DNA of 64,000 nt, from NCBI GenBank assembly GCA_018003315.1, contig JAGNEJ010000015.1, positions 1,576-65,575 on the forward strand, given 5' to 3'. Each line of letters starts with the position of its first letter. The stretch's first letter is position 1. The translations under genes were made by a program, and so were the position numbers. Source of the DNA: Verrucomicrobiales bacterium (GTDB taxonomy: Bacteria > Verrucomicrobiota > Verrucomicrobiia > Verrucomicrobiales > V1-33). The notes below the pieces were generated by a model. That model was not told where the DNA came from, did not search any database, and saw only the letters and a list, made by a program, of their open reading frames with translations. Below are positions 36,326 to 44,421 of this stretch, in pieces.

Positions 36326-37331
36326 AGCCAAAACGCCGCCCGTGCGCACCGACGAGGCGGGTTACCAAAAGCTGCCGCACGGCTACCGCCCGCACGCCGG
36401 GCGCGCTCAGCGCGATCCGCTCGACTACGACTCCCATCCCTACGAGTCCATGCGCCGCTTCGCCGAGTTTCTCGCGCTGCGTTTCAACACCCCGCGCACC
36501 CGGCACTCCTACTACCGCCAGATGCGACTCGTTCACGAGTTCTGCCAGTGCGACCCGGCCGCCATCCGCGAAGAACGCCTGCGCGACTACCTCCTGCACG
36601 TCAAGACCATCAAACACCGGCAGCCCAAGACCATCCGCCAAGCCGCCGCCGCCGCGAAGCTCTTCTTCGTCGAACTGCTGGAGCATGAGGAGTGGAAAAT
36701 CTTCTCGCAAATCCGCGCCAAGGACGAGGCCAGCCTGCCCGCTGTGCTGACCCGTGGCGCGGTCATCCGCTTGCTCAAGCACATCCGCCTGCGCCGCTAC
36801 CGCACCCCCATCAAGCTCATCTACTGCTGCGGTCTGCGCCTTTCCGAATGCCTCGCGCTGACCATCCACGACATCGACGGCGCGGAGGGAAAACTCTGGA
36901 TCCGCTCCGGCAAGGGCAACAAGGACCGCATGGTACCTATTTCTTCAACCATGGTCGCCGATCTGCGGCGTTACTGGAAATTCCACCGCCATTCGCTGCT
37001 GCTCTTCCCCAACGTCGGACGCGGCGACAACGATCCCGTGAAAACCGCCGCTCGCATGCGCGCCGCCGACCGCCCCATGCCCGTCAGCTCGCTGCAGCGC
37101 CTGATGGTCGAAGCGCGCAAGGAACTCAACATTCCCGTCTGCACCGTGCACACCCTGCGGCATTCCTTCGCCACCCATCTCGTCGAAGCCGGTGCGAGCC
37201 TGCACAGCGTCCAGGCTCTGTTAGGGCATGCCCACATCGACACCACCATGATCTATCTGCACCTCACCCACCGCAGCGAGCAGGACAGCCGAGCGCTGGT
37301 GGAGAGTCTCTGCCGCGAACTGCCCCGTTAG
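36318..37331 (+). CDS. tyrosine-type recombinase/integrase
   Basis: Catalytic signature present: Arg in [20 protein letters not shown] (H-x-x-R), and [14 protein letters not shown] (Tyr). The start is uncertain; the ORF opens with TTG, and an internal GTG or ATG is possible. Confidence 0.85.
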   Translation: MRQAKTPPVRTDEAGYQKLPHGYRPHAGRAQRDPLDYDSHPYESMRRFAEFLALRFNTPRTRHSYYRQMRLVHEFCQCDPAAIREERLRDYLLHVKTIKHRQPKTIRQAAAAAKLFFVELLEHEEWKIFSQIRAKDEASLPAVLTRGAVIRLLKHIRLRRYRTPIKLIYCCGLRLSECLALTIHDIDGAEGKLWIRSGKGNKDRMVPISSTMVADLRRYWKFHRHSLLLFPNVGRGDNDPVKTAARMRAADRPMPVSSLQRLMVEARKELNIPVCTVHTLRHSFATHLVEAGASLHSVQALLGHAHIDTTMIYLHLTHRSEQDSRALVESLCRELPR

Positions 37332-37351
37332 AAAAAACCGGACGCCAGACC

Positions 37352-38599
37352 GTGCTCGCCACCGTCATCGACGCGCTGCGCCGTTTCCTGCCCGACCATG
37401 CGCGTGACAACCGTCACGCCATGGGCGAGGCACAGCGGCGCGCCGTCTGGGCCATCAACCATTGCCGCACTGCGGACATGGGCGGGCACCTCCACGCCTG
37501 CGCCAAGTGCAAGACTCGCGAGTTCCACTTCCACTCCTGCAACCACCGCTCCTGCCCGCAGTGTGGCAAACAGGACACCGCCGCGTGGATCGAGCGCCAG
37601 CTCGGAAAACGCGTCGGCGCGCCGTATTTCATGGCCACCTTCACGCTGCCGGAGGAACTCCGCCCGCTGTTTTTCACCGCCGCGGCAAAGGACATCTATC
37701 AACTCTTCTTTTCCGCCGCGTCCTCGGCCCTGTCAGACACGCTCGCCAACCCGAAATGGCTCGGCGCGAAAACCAGCGGGTTCATCACGGTGCTCCACAC
37801 CTGGAACCAACGGCTGCATTTCCACCCGCACATCCACTGCATCGTGCCCGGCGCGGGACTCGATGCGGCGGGCGGCGTCGTGACGGTGAAGAACGACAAC
37901 TTCCTCGTCCCGCAGCCCGCCCTGCGGATCGTCTTCCGCGCCCGTTTTCGCGACGCACTCGCCGGTCTCACCGGAGAACATCCCGGTCTGCCCGCCATCG
38001 ACCCCGCCGTCTGGGACAAGGACTGGGGCGTGCATCTCCAGCCCTTCGGCAGCGGGGAAAACATCATCAAATATCTCGGGCGCTATGTCTGCCGCACCGC
38101 CATCGGCGACTCGCGCATCGTTTCCATCACCGACACCCATGTCACATTCCGCTACAAGGACCGCGCCAAGGGCGACGCGCCACGCGTCGAGACGATCACC
38201 GGCGCCGAGTTCACCGCCCGCTACCTGCGCCATGTCTTGCCGCGCGGGCTGCGCGCCATCCGTTACCACGGATTTCTCCATCCGGCGGCCAAGGCCAAAC
38301 GCGAGCGCATCGCCTTCCACACCGACCGGCCCCTGCTCATCGGCGCGGCGGCCACCACGCCGCCCAAGCCACCCCATGTCGTCAAATGTCCGTGCTGCAA
38401 CCAGCCGATGACGCGGCTGGCCCGCTTGCTTCCCGCGTGGCGCTGCGCCTGCCCACCACCCGCGAAACGATCCCGCGCAGGATCCGCCACCCATCCGCCG
38501 CATGCACGCCCGGCTTCTTCCGATTCCACGGACAAGGCCACGGCGCATCATGCCCGCGTGTTGTCAAAACCCCGCCAAGCGTCGCGCCACGTCGTCTGA
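37352..38599 (+). CDS. IS91-family (HUH, Y2) rolling-circle transposase
   Basis: N-terminal zinc-binding region HACAKCKTREFHFHSCNHRSCPQCG. HUH-like HFHPHIHCIV. Paired tyrosines in KYLGRYVCRTAI. A GTG start at 37352 is assumed, 18 nt after the recombinase stop. Confidence 0.85.
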   Translation: MLATVIDALRRFLPDHARDNRHAMGEAQRRAVWAINHCRTADMGGHLHACAKCKTREFHFHSCNHRSCPQCGKQDTAAWIERQLGKRVGAPYFMATFTLPEELRPLFFTAAAKDIYQLFFSAASSALSDTLANPKWLGAKTSGFITVLHTWNQRLHFHPHIHCIVPGAGLDAAGGVVTVKNDNFLVPQPALRIVFRARFRDALAGLTGEHPGLPAIDPAVWDKDWGVHLQPFGSGENIIKYLGRYVCRTAIGDSRIVSITDTHVTFRYKDRAKGDAPRVETITGAEFTARYLRHVLPRGLRAIRYHGFLHPAAKAKRERIAFHTDRPLLIGAAATTPPKPPHVVKCPCCNQPMTRLARLLPAWRCACPPPAKRSRAGSATHPPHARPASSDSTDKATAHHARVLSKPRQASRHVV

Positions 38600-38816
38600 A
38601 AATCCGCTTCAAGCCACACGCCTCAGGCAAATCCACCCGCCATCACCCCAGGCGCGGCTTTCAAACCGCCGCCCGCCCCGCGTTCCATCCGCTTCCCACA
38701 GCGGCGCTCCAAACACAATACGCATAAGGGCGCGTCACCCCTCGCTCCGGGCTTGTTCAACCAAAGGGCGCAGCCGAAGTCTCCGCTGCGCTACGACTTC
38801 GCAGCACCCTTTATTG

Positions 38817-39152
38817 TTAGCCGTCGGTTTGGTTTGTGAGTTCGCCAAGCCGTGAGGCGATCCAATTGTTCAGACTCTCGCCGTCATTCGCACTCAGTTC
38901 CGCAAGGCGTCGGTGAAGAAGCGGATCTACCCGGAGAAGAAACTTCCCTGAGTACGGCTTGTCTGCTTGCTCGCCTCGGCCCTCGCAAAAATCCAAGTAA
39001 TCATCAATGGAATCGTGAAACGCCTGCTTCAGATCGTCCACAGTATTCCCTTGGAACGTCACGACATCTCGAAGACCGATGATCTCTCCGTGAAAAATCT
39101 CGGCTTCGTCGTCAAACCTCACTGATCCGCTGTAACCTTTGTAAGTCATCAT
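38817..39152 (-). CDS. hicB: type II antitoxin HicB
   Basis: 111 aa. N-terminal YKGYSGSVRFDDEAEIFHGEI (HicB fold) and C-terminal RHH-like FLLRVDPLLHRRLAELSANDGESLNNWI. Overlaps hicA by 4 nt. Confidence 0.85.
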   Translation of the reverse strand: MMTYKGYSGSVRFDDEAEIFHGEIIGLRDVVTFQGNTVDDLKQAFHDSIDDYLDFCEGRGEQADKPYSGKFLLRVDPLLHRRLAELSANDGESLNNWIASRLGELTNQTDG

Positions 39153-39403
39153 GGCTGTATTCCTGCTTCGGTTAAGAATCGTCTGACGGACTTGACCGCA
39201 CCTTTGTCGGTGGTTGGCTGAGGATGCGGACGGTGAAATACGGCCCTGACTCCGTTGAGAACGATTCTGACGCGTGAACCCCGTCCCTCTGAAATCTCAG
39301 CACCCAAGGCTTTGAGCAGGGATTCGATCTCGCTCCAAGGAATGGAAGCGAGGACGGGATTCCTGAATATCTGGGTAAGAGTATCGCGTTGACGGTTGTT
39401 CAA
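39149..39403 (-). CDS. hicA: type II toxin HicA (mRNA interferase)
   Basis: 84 aa. ...GSRVRIVLNGVRAVFHRPHPQPTTDKGAVKSVRRFLTEAGI matches the HicA/YcfA pattern. Confidence 0.85.
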   Translation of the reverse strand: MNNRQRDTLTQIFRNPVLASIPWSEIESLLKALGAEISEGRGSRVRIVLNGVRAVFHRPHPQPTTDKGAVKSVRRFLTEAGIQP

Positions 39404-39479
39404 GCGGTTTCACGATACTGGAATTTGGTATTAGCGCAAGGCGGATTTTCTTCGGCTAACGTAAGAGGCCTGCCAACCG

Positions 39480-40082
39480 CTACCGGGACGCTGGCTTCGA
39501 TTCAGGTTGAGGTTTCTGATTGCCCTCCGGCTTCGGCTCGGAAGCGGTAGCGGTAGCGGGTTGGCCAGCGCCGTCTTGTTCGCTCTTGGGTTTCATGGGG
39601 GTCAGACTAGCGAAAATCTCCTGCGCGTTCTTGAGATCCTTGGGATCGTCGAAATAGATCGAAATTTGCACATGCCCCGAGGAACTCACGGCAATGCCAT
39701 AGAATGCAGGCTGTCTATCATCATCCGATTCCTCCTTCAGCCGATAGGACAATCGCAACGGCATTCCCTCTCCACTCTCAACGACATCGGTGGCATCCTT
39801 CGAAATATCCTCCTTCAGTCTTTTGAGTAGAGCCTCCGGCTTCTCGCCCTCTTTCAGATTCCAGACGGTGGTCCAAATCGTGAATCCCGGTCGCCAAATG
39901 ACCAGACTGCCTTCCTCAAATCGACGATTGTGCTTCTGAGCCAACGTGACCGCCCAATTGTCGGTCAACTGATACTTGCCTTCAATAACCGGGAACTTTG
40001 GATGAAGCATCTTCTTGGGCTCTTGAGCACTGGCAAATCCACTGGAAAGGAGTAGTGAAGTCAAAATGGATAGTGCCTTCAT
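39480..40082 (-). CDS. exported hypothetical protein
   Basis: 200 aa. Signal peptide MKALSILTSLLLSSGFASAQ and a Lys/Pro/Glu-rich tail. Visibly lower GC than the core genome. No family recognised. Confidence 0.6.
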   Translation of the reverse strand: MKALSILTSLLLSSGFASAQEPKKMLHPKFPVIEGKYQLTDNWAVTLAQKHNRRFEEGSLVIWRPGFTIWTTVWNLKEGEKPEALLKRLKEDISKDATDVVESGEGMPLRLSYRLKEESDDDRQPAFYGIAVSSSGHVQISIYFDDPKDLKNAQEIFASLTPMKPKSEQDGAGQPATATASEPKPEGNQKPQPESKPASR

Positions 40083-40131
40083 TTTCTTGAGCGATTGAGG
40101 TAGGGACGCCGGTTGCCCGGTGCCCCCTCGC

Positions 40132-40165
40132 AGATCCCGGCGTGCGGAATTACCGCACCGGGCTC
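40132..40165 (-). ncRNA. group II intron domain V
   Basis: Minus strand GAGCCCGGUGCGGUAAUUCCGCACGCCGGGAUCU: 34 nt, with an AGC triad at positions 2-4, a lower stem, a 2-nt 3' bulge and an upper stem. It lies 58 nt after the RT stop. Confidence 0.75.
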
Positions 40166-40223
40166 CTCGGATGGACGCGCAGCCAGTGGGGCGCCGGTCG
40201 TTGGTTTTGGTTTTTGGTTCGGA

Positions 40224-41609
40224 TCATGCAGGTTGCCGGGCGGGTTGCAATGCGGGAGTGGGCCGTGTTTCCACGACCCGTGGTGGCGGCAGCTTCCACC
40301 CCGGCAGACGGGCGGCGAACTGCTTCCATGTCATCGACCGGCGCTGGCTGCGGCGGTTGAGCCATTTGTAAAGCAGCCGCATCGCTTCCCTCTGATACCT
40401 CGCGGTCATCATCGAGTTGCCGATCACGCCGTAGTAGTTCCAGTAGCCCCGCAGCTTCCTGCGAAGCACCGCCAGCAGGGCGTCGAGCCTGCCGCAACGC
40501 ACCTTGCGAAGCCATTCCTTGAGAGTCCGGAGGCTCGACCGGAACTTCCCCTTGTTGGTGCGCCGCTTGACGAACACCCAGCCGCTGTTGCCTTGGGCTC
40601 GCGCCCAGTAGAAGTCGAAGCCGAGGAAGGTGAACTTCCCGCTCCGCTCCGGCATCCTCCGGTCGAAACGCACGAGGGCGCTCTTCTCGGCGGCCAGCGT
40701 CAGGCCGAATTTCTCCAGCCGCTTGGGCAGCACGCGCAGGTAGGCCCGCGCGTCGTCTTCCCGCTCGAAGCACACCACGCTGTCGTCCGCATAGCGCCGC
40801 AGGAGCACGCGGCCCTTGCAGTGCCTTGCCACCACCTTCTTGATCCACTCGTCCAGAACGAAGTGCAGATAGATGTTCGCGAGAACCGGGGAAATGACCC
40901 CGCCTTGCGGCGTGCCCGTCGCCGGGTGCGCCACTTGGTTTTCCTCCATCACTCCGGCCTTGAGCCATTTCACGATCAGGCGGACCAGCGGACGATCCGC
41001 GATGCGCGGTTCTAACATTCTAACCAGCCAGCCGTGATCGACGTGATCAAAGAAGCTCCGGATGTCCGCCTCCACGACCCACCGGTATCCGCCGCCCTGG
41101 AGCGCCTCGCGCAGCTCTTGCGAGCCTTGCCGCGCGCCCATGCCGGGACGGTAGCCGATGCTTTCGTCGTGGAAATCTTCTTCCCAGATCGCTTCCAAAA
41201 TCCGCCTCACCGCGTGCTGCACGATCTTGTCTTCCAACACGGGGATGCCTAACGGACGGAGCTTTCCCCCGCCTTTCGGTATCCACCGCCGCTTGACCGG
41301 AGTGGCGCGGTAACGCCCCTCCTTCAAGCGCTTTTCCAACTCCGCGAGCCTGCCTTCGAGGTCCTCCGCATACGCCGCATGGGTCACGCCGTCGATTCCC
41401 GGCGCAGCCTTGCGTTTGAGCGCGTGGAAGGATTCCCGCAGCATCCCGCGGTCCAGCAGGCGCGAAATCGACCGGAAGCGATGCTTCGGGGCCGCCCGCG
41501 CCTTTTCACTCAATGCGGACAGGGAGCGTGACACGCTTGAACCGGGAGAATTCCTTTCCCGCGCGTGGGTGCTTTGTCCGCGTTGTCCATCCGCCCGCCC
41601 CGTCGCCAT
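40224..41609 (-). CDS. group II intron reverse transcriptase/maturase (no endonuclease domain evident)
   Basis: ORF 40224..41900 trimmed to MATGRADGQ. RT motifs present: RPLGIPVLEDKIVQHAV, SFFDHVDH, GTPQGGVISPVLANIYL, RYADDSVVCF and FLGFDF. Maturase X motif LRGYWNYYG. No HNH motif at the C-terminus. Confidence 0.9.
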   Translation of the reverse strand: MATGRADGQRGQSTHARERNSPGSSVSRSLSALSEKARAAPKHRFRSISRLLDRGMLRESFHALKRKAAPGIDGVTHAAYAEDLEGRLAELEKRLKEGRYRATPVKRRWIPKGGGKLRPLGIPVLEDKIVQHAVRRILEAIWEEDFHDESIGYRPGMGARQGSQELREALQGGGYRWVVEADIRSFFDHVDHGWLVRMLEPRIADRPLVRLIVKWLKAGVMEENQVAHPATGTPQGGVISPVLANIYLHFVLDEWIKKVVARHCKGRVLLRRYADDSVVCFEREDDARAYLRVLPKRLEKFGLTLAAEKSALVRFDRRMPERSGKFTFLGFDFYWARAQGNSGWVFVKRRTNKGKFRSSLRTLKEWLRKVRCGRLDALLAVLRRKLRGYWNYYGVIGNSMMTARYQREAMRLLYKWLNRRSQRRSMTWKQFAARLPGWKLPPPRVVETRPTPALQPARQPA

Positions 41610-41921
41610 GTGACCGGTGCTACCGTCTCTGACTACCATGGGCGGGTCTGACTCCCGGCAACCCCGAACGGTTCCTTCGTTTCGTTGGAAACCGTTGATC
41701 CGCTGGAGCCAAATCGTCTCCTGCGGAACGGCGGCCGGGCCTCCCGAGTTCAAGGTGCCGCCCTCCTCAGGAAGGTCATCTGTTCGCTTCCCTGCATGCG
41801 TGCCACGGTCTAGGATCGACCCCGGTGGAACTCCGCCGGCCTCGCCATCTCGGCCGCCGGAATGCTGGATTCCCTCTACTGTTACCAGGTCTCCTTCCAC
41901 ATCTCCATATTTACGGTGGCC

Positions 41922-41961
41922 AATAATATTCCAGGAAGTCTATCGGAAATTCGTTGCGCCA
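41922..41961. repeat. short motif copy 3 (longest copy; aataatattccaggaagtctatcggaaattcgttgcgcca)
   Basis: Contains both sub-blocks found separately at 36093..36122 (inverted) and 36307..36325 (direct). Confidence 0.3.
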
Positions 41962-42586
41962 GTGATGAGTCAAACGTTGGCGTGTTGGCCGACCTTCTTC
42001 GCTTCGTCCATGCAGGTGCAGCAGAGGGGCCACCGTCAGCTTGCTTCCTTCCGACCTCCTTCCCCCCTTCTTTCCAGGCGAGGGTTCATTTGTCGTATCC
42101 GTCCTTGCGGTTGATGGTGTCGATCCAGGCCTTGGCCGGATCTGTCCCAATTTCCACGATGGCACGGCGGTGTTTACGTTTGCGGGTCATCGAGTCCCGC
42201 TTCCGGGCCAACTTGTGTGGAACCCTGTGTCGAAAACCTGTCGCGGCTTCTGCGGAATGATTCTTCGCGGATTTCAGTGGGAACAAGAAGAGCCTCTCAC
42301 GACAGCGGCGGCACTGGACGAAGCCTTGGGAAGCAGCGTGCCGGGGCGGCCATTCGCCACGAATCCAGCCGGAGCATTTCGTGTTCACCTCCATGGCGAA
42401 GGCAGAGAATGCGCCTCGCGGCGGAAGTGACACATGGAGGTTGTATGCCGTCACTCCCAGTGTCGAGCGCCATTACACCGCGCAACTCCCAGCTTTTCGA
42501 TGCAGCTACGGAACATGGCGACAAACCCCGTGGATTCGCCGTTTTCCCCTGCTCTACAAGGGGGTTTTGGGATCCATCCTGGACGA

Positions 42587-42677
42587 TGGCGGTGAGGGAG
42601 GGATTCGAACCCTCGGTAACCTTTAGGGCTACGCTTCTTTAGCAAAGAAGTGCTTTCGACCACTCAGCCACCTCACC
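42587..42677 (-). tRNA. tRNA-Ser (anticodon GCT), CCA encoded
   Basis: Minus strand: acceptor GGTGAGG/CCTCACC, anticodon stem CTTCT/AGAAG with loop TTGCTAA, a long variable arm, T-arm GAGGG-TTCGAAT-CCCTC, and terminal GCCA. Confidence 0.9.
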
Positions 42678-42822
42678 TTTGCCCTTGCGGGACCGATTTG
42701 TTGGAAGATCGGACTGCCACTGAAGCAGAGATTTGCAGATCGTCAAAAGGAATGACGCGGCAGAGGAAGGAATGGAAAATCCGGTTGCACGGGAGGCGAT
42801 CGCCGGTAAGCGACGGGAAGCC

Positions 42823-44397
42823 ATGAATCCGAATGCCCTGCCTGTCTCCTGGAGCCGCTTCAATACCCATTTTCTGCGCTATGACGCGCCGCAAATCACG
42901 CTCGACACGAGTTTGATTGCCTTTCCCGACGGTTTTGAGGCGGACATGAAGACGCGGGTGGCCGGGGCATTTGCCGCGATGTCAGCGCTGGAGGGCGGAG
43001 CGGTGGCGAATCCGGATGAGCAGCGGATGGTGGGCCACTACTGGCTGCGGGATGCCGACCTGGCGCCGACGGCGGAAATCCGGGAGCAGATCGTCCGCGA
43101 CATTGCCGCAAGCAGTGCCTTTGCCAAGGCGGTGCATGACGGGGTGGTGACTCCGCAGAGCGGCGGGAAATTCACCGATGTGCTGGTGATCGGCATTGGC
43201 GGGTCGGCGTTGGGTCCGCAACTGGTGGCGGACGCCCTGGGGTCAGAGAACGACCGCCTGCGCGTGCACTTTTTTGACAACACCGACCCTGACGGAATGG
43301 AGCGCACGCTGGCTCGGCTGGGCAGCGGCTTGCAATCCACCCTGACGGTGGTCATTTCCAAAAGCGGAGGCACGCCGGAAACCCGCAATGGGATGCTGGT
43401 GGCGAAGGCGGCGTATGAGGCGCAGGGCCTGGCGTTTGGCCGTCATGCGGTGGCGGTGACCGGAGCGGGCAGCCACCTCGACAAGTTTGCGGTGGAACAG
43501 GGGTTTGTGCAGCGATTTCCCATGCAGGACTGGGTGGGCGGGCGCACATCCATCATGCACACCGTGGGGCTGGTGCCCATGACCCTGCAGGGGGTGGATG
43601 TGGAGGCATTTCTGAAAGGTGCGCGGGCGATGGACCGTCAGACACGCATGCCGGATGCCGTGCAGAACATGGCGATGCGGCTGGCGCTGTGCTGGCATGC
43701 CGCTGGCGAAGGGAGGGGCGCCAAGGACATGGTCGTGCTGCCCTACAAGGACCGGCTGGTGCTCTTCAGCAAATACCTCCAGCAACTGGTCATGGAAAGC
43801 CTGGGCAAGGAAACGGACCTGACCGGGAACTTGGTGCATCAGGGAATCGCCGTTTATGGGAACAAAGGGTCCACCGACCAGCACGCCTACGTGCAGCAGT
43901 TGCGCGATGGGGTGAACAACTTTTTTGCAACCTTTCTGGAGGTGAGCCTGGCGTCCGCCAGCGTTCCGCAGGTGAATGTGGATGCCGGCGTGACCAGCGG
44001 CGACTATTTGCAGGGGTTCCTGCGCGGCACCCGCAGGGCGCTGGCGGAAAATGGGCGCCAGTCGCTGACCCTCAGCATTCCGGACCTCAATGCCGAGGCG
44101 CTGGGGGCGTTGATTGCGCTGTTTGAACGGGCGGTGGGATTTTACGCCAGCCTGGTCGGCATCAATGCCTACCACCAGCCAGGCGTCGAAGCGGGCAAGA
44201 AGGCGGCGGCGCAGTTCCTAACCGTTCTGGCCGGTGCGAAAAAAGCACTGGCCACCACGCCCCGCACCGCCGTGGAAATCGCCGGTGATTCCGGCGTGGA
44301 GGACGTTTACCACGCACTGAACCACCTGGCGGCCAATGATCCCACGGTGCATGTCCAGCGCGGCGCCACCCCTGCGGACGACCGCTTTTTCCTCTGA
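42823..44397 (+). CDS. pgi: glucose-6-phosphate isomerase
   Basis: ORF 42733..44397, with the start set at [10 protein letters not shown]; an upstream ATG at 42772 is possible. Motifs [23 protein letters not shown] and [18 protein letters not shown]. Confidence 0.9.
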   Translation: MNPNALPVSWSRFNTHFLRYDAPQITLDTSLIAFPDGFEADMKTRVAGAFAAMSALEGGAVANPDEQRMVGHYWLRDADLAPTAEIREQIVRDIAASSAFAKAVHDGVVTPQSGGKFTDVLVIGIGGSALGPQLVADALGSENDRLRVHFFDNTDPDGMERTLARLGSGLQSTLTVVISKSGGTPETRNGMLVAKAAYEAQGLAFGRHAVAVTGAGSHLDKFAVEQGFVQRFPMQDWVGGRTSIMHTVGLVPMTLQGVDVEAFLKGARAMDRQTRMPDAVQNMAMRLALCWHAAGEGRGAKDMVVLPYKDRLVLFSKYLQQLVMESLGKETDLTGNLVHQGIAVYGNKGSTDQHAYVQQLRDGVNNFFATFLEVSLASASVPQVNVDAGVTSGDYLQGFLRGTRRALAENGRQSLTLSIPDLNAEALGALIALFERAVGFYASLVGINAYHQPGVEAGKKAAAQFLTVLAGAKKALATTPRTAVEIAGDSGVEDVYHALNHLAANDPTVHVQRGATPADDRFFL

Positions 44398-44421
44398 TCT
44401 TTCGCCGCAATCCAGGCTTGA

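Larger units (their letters stand above)
36290..38815 (+). mobile_element. IS91-family element carrying an upstream tyrosine recombinase (boundaries approximate)
   Basis: Two-gene module (recombinase plus Y2 transposase). There is a hairpin-capable sequence 38767..38806 downstream of the transposase. Ends were not identified, as no clear terminal repeats or GTTC/CTTG junction could be assigned. Confidence 0.45.
40100..42000 (-). mobile_element. group II intron (3' end about 40100; 5' boundary unresolved, possibly 5'-truncated)
   Basis: The intron-encoded RT/maturase is followed (minus strand) by a 34-nt domain V and a GNRA-capped domain VI-like hairpin. A domain III-like GGUAGUCAGAGACGGUAGC lies just before the RT start. 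No GUGYG was found within about 1 kb upstream. Confidence 0.7.

Noticed and set aside
40224-41900. Reverse transcriptase as a retron, DGR or defence-associated RT
   Set aside because: The RT has the group II-specific maturase X motif (RGYWNYYG), YADD, and an adjacent canonical-length domain V. No msr/msd-like inverted repeats or TR/VR repeat pair were seen nearby.
36307-41961. Treating the shared 13-mer tctatcggaaatt alone as proof of homology
   Set aside because: Exact 13-mers shared by chance are expected many times in a 64-kb by 64-kb comparison. Only the extended gapped similarity and the three-copy pattern make it worth reporting, at low confidence.
36000-42586. Direct repeat of the tRNA-Ser 3' end marking a classical att-flanked island
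   Set aside because: I searched by eye for GGATTCGAACCCTC-type fragments in 36.0-42.6 kb and found none. The tRNA-adjacent island interpretation is therefore kept only as a hypothesis.
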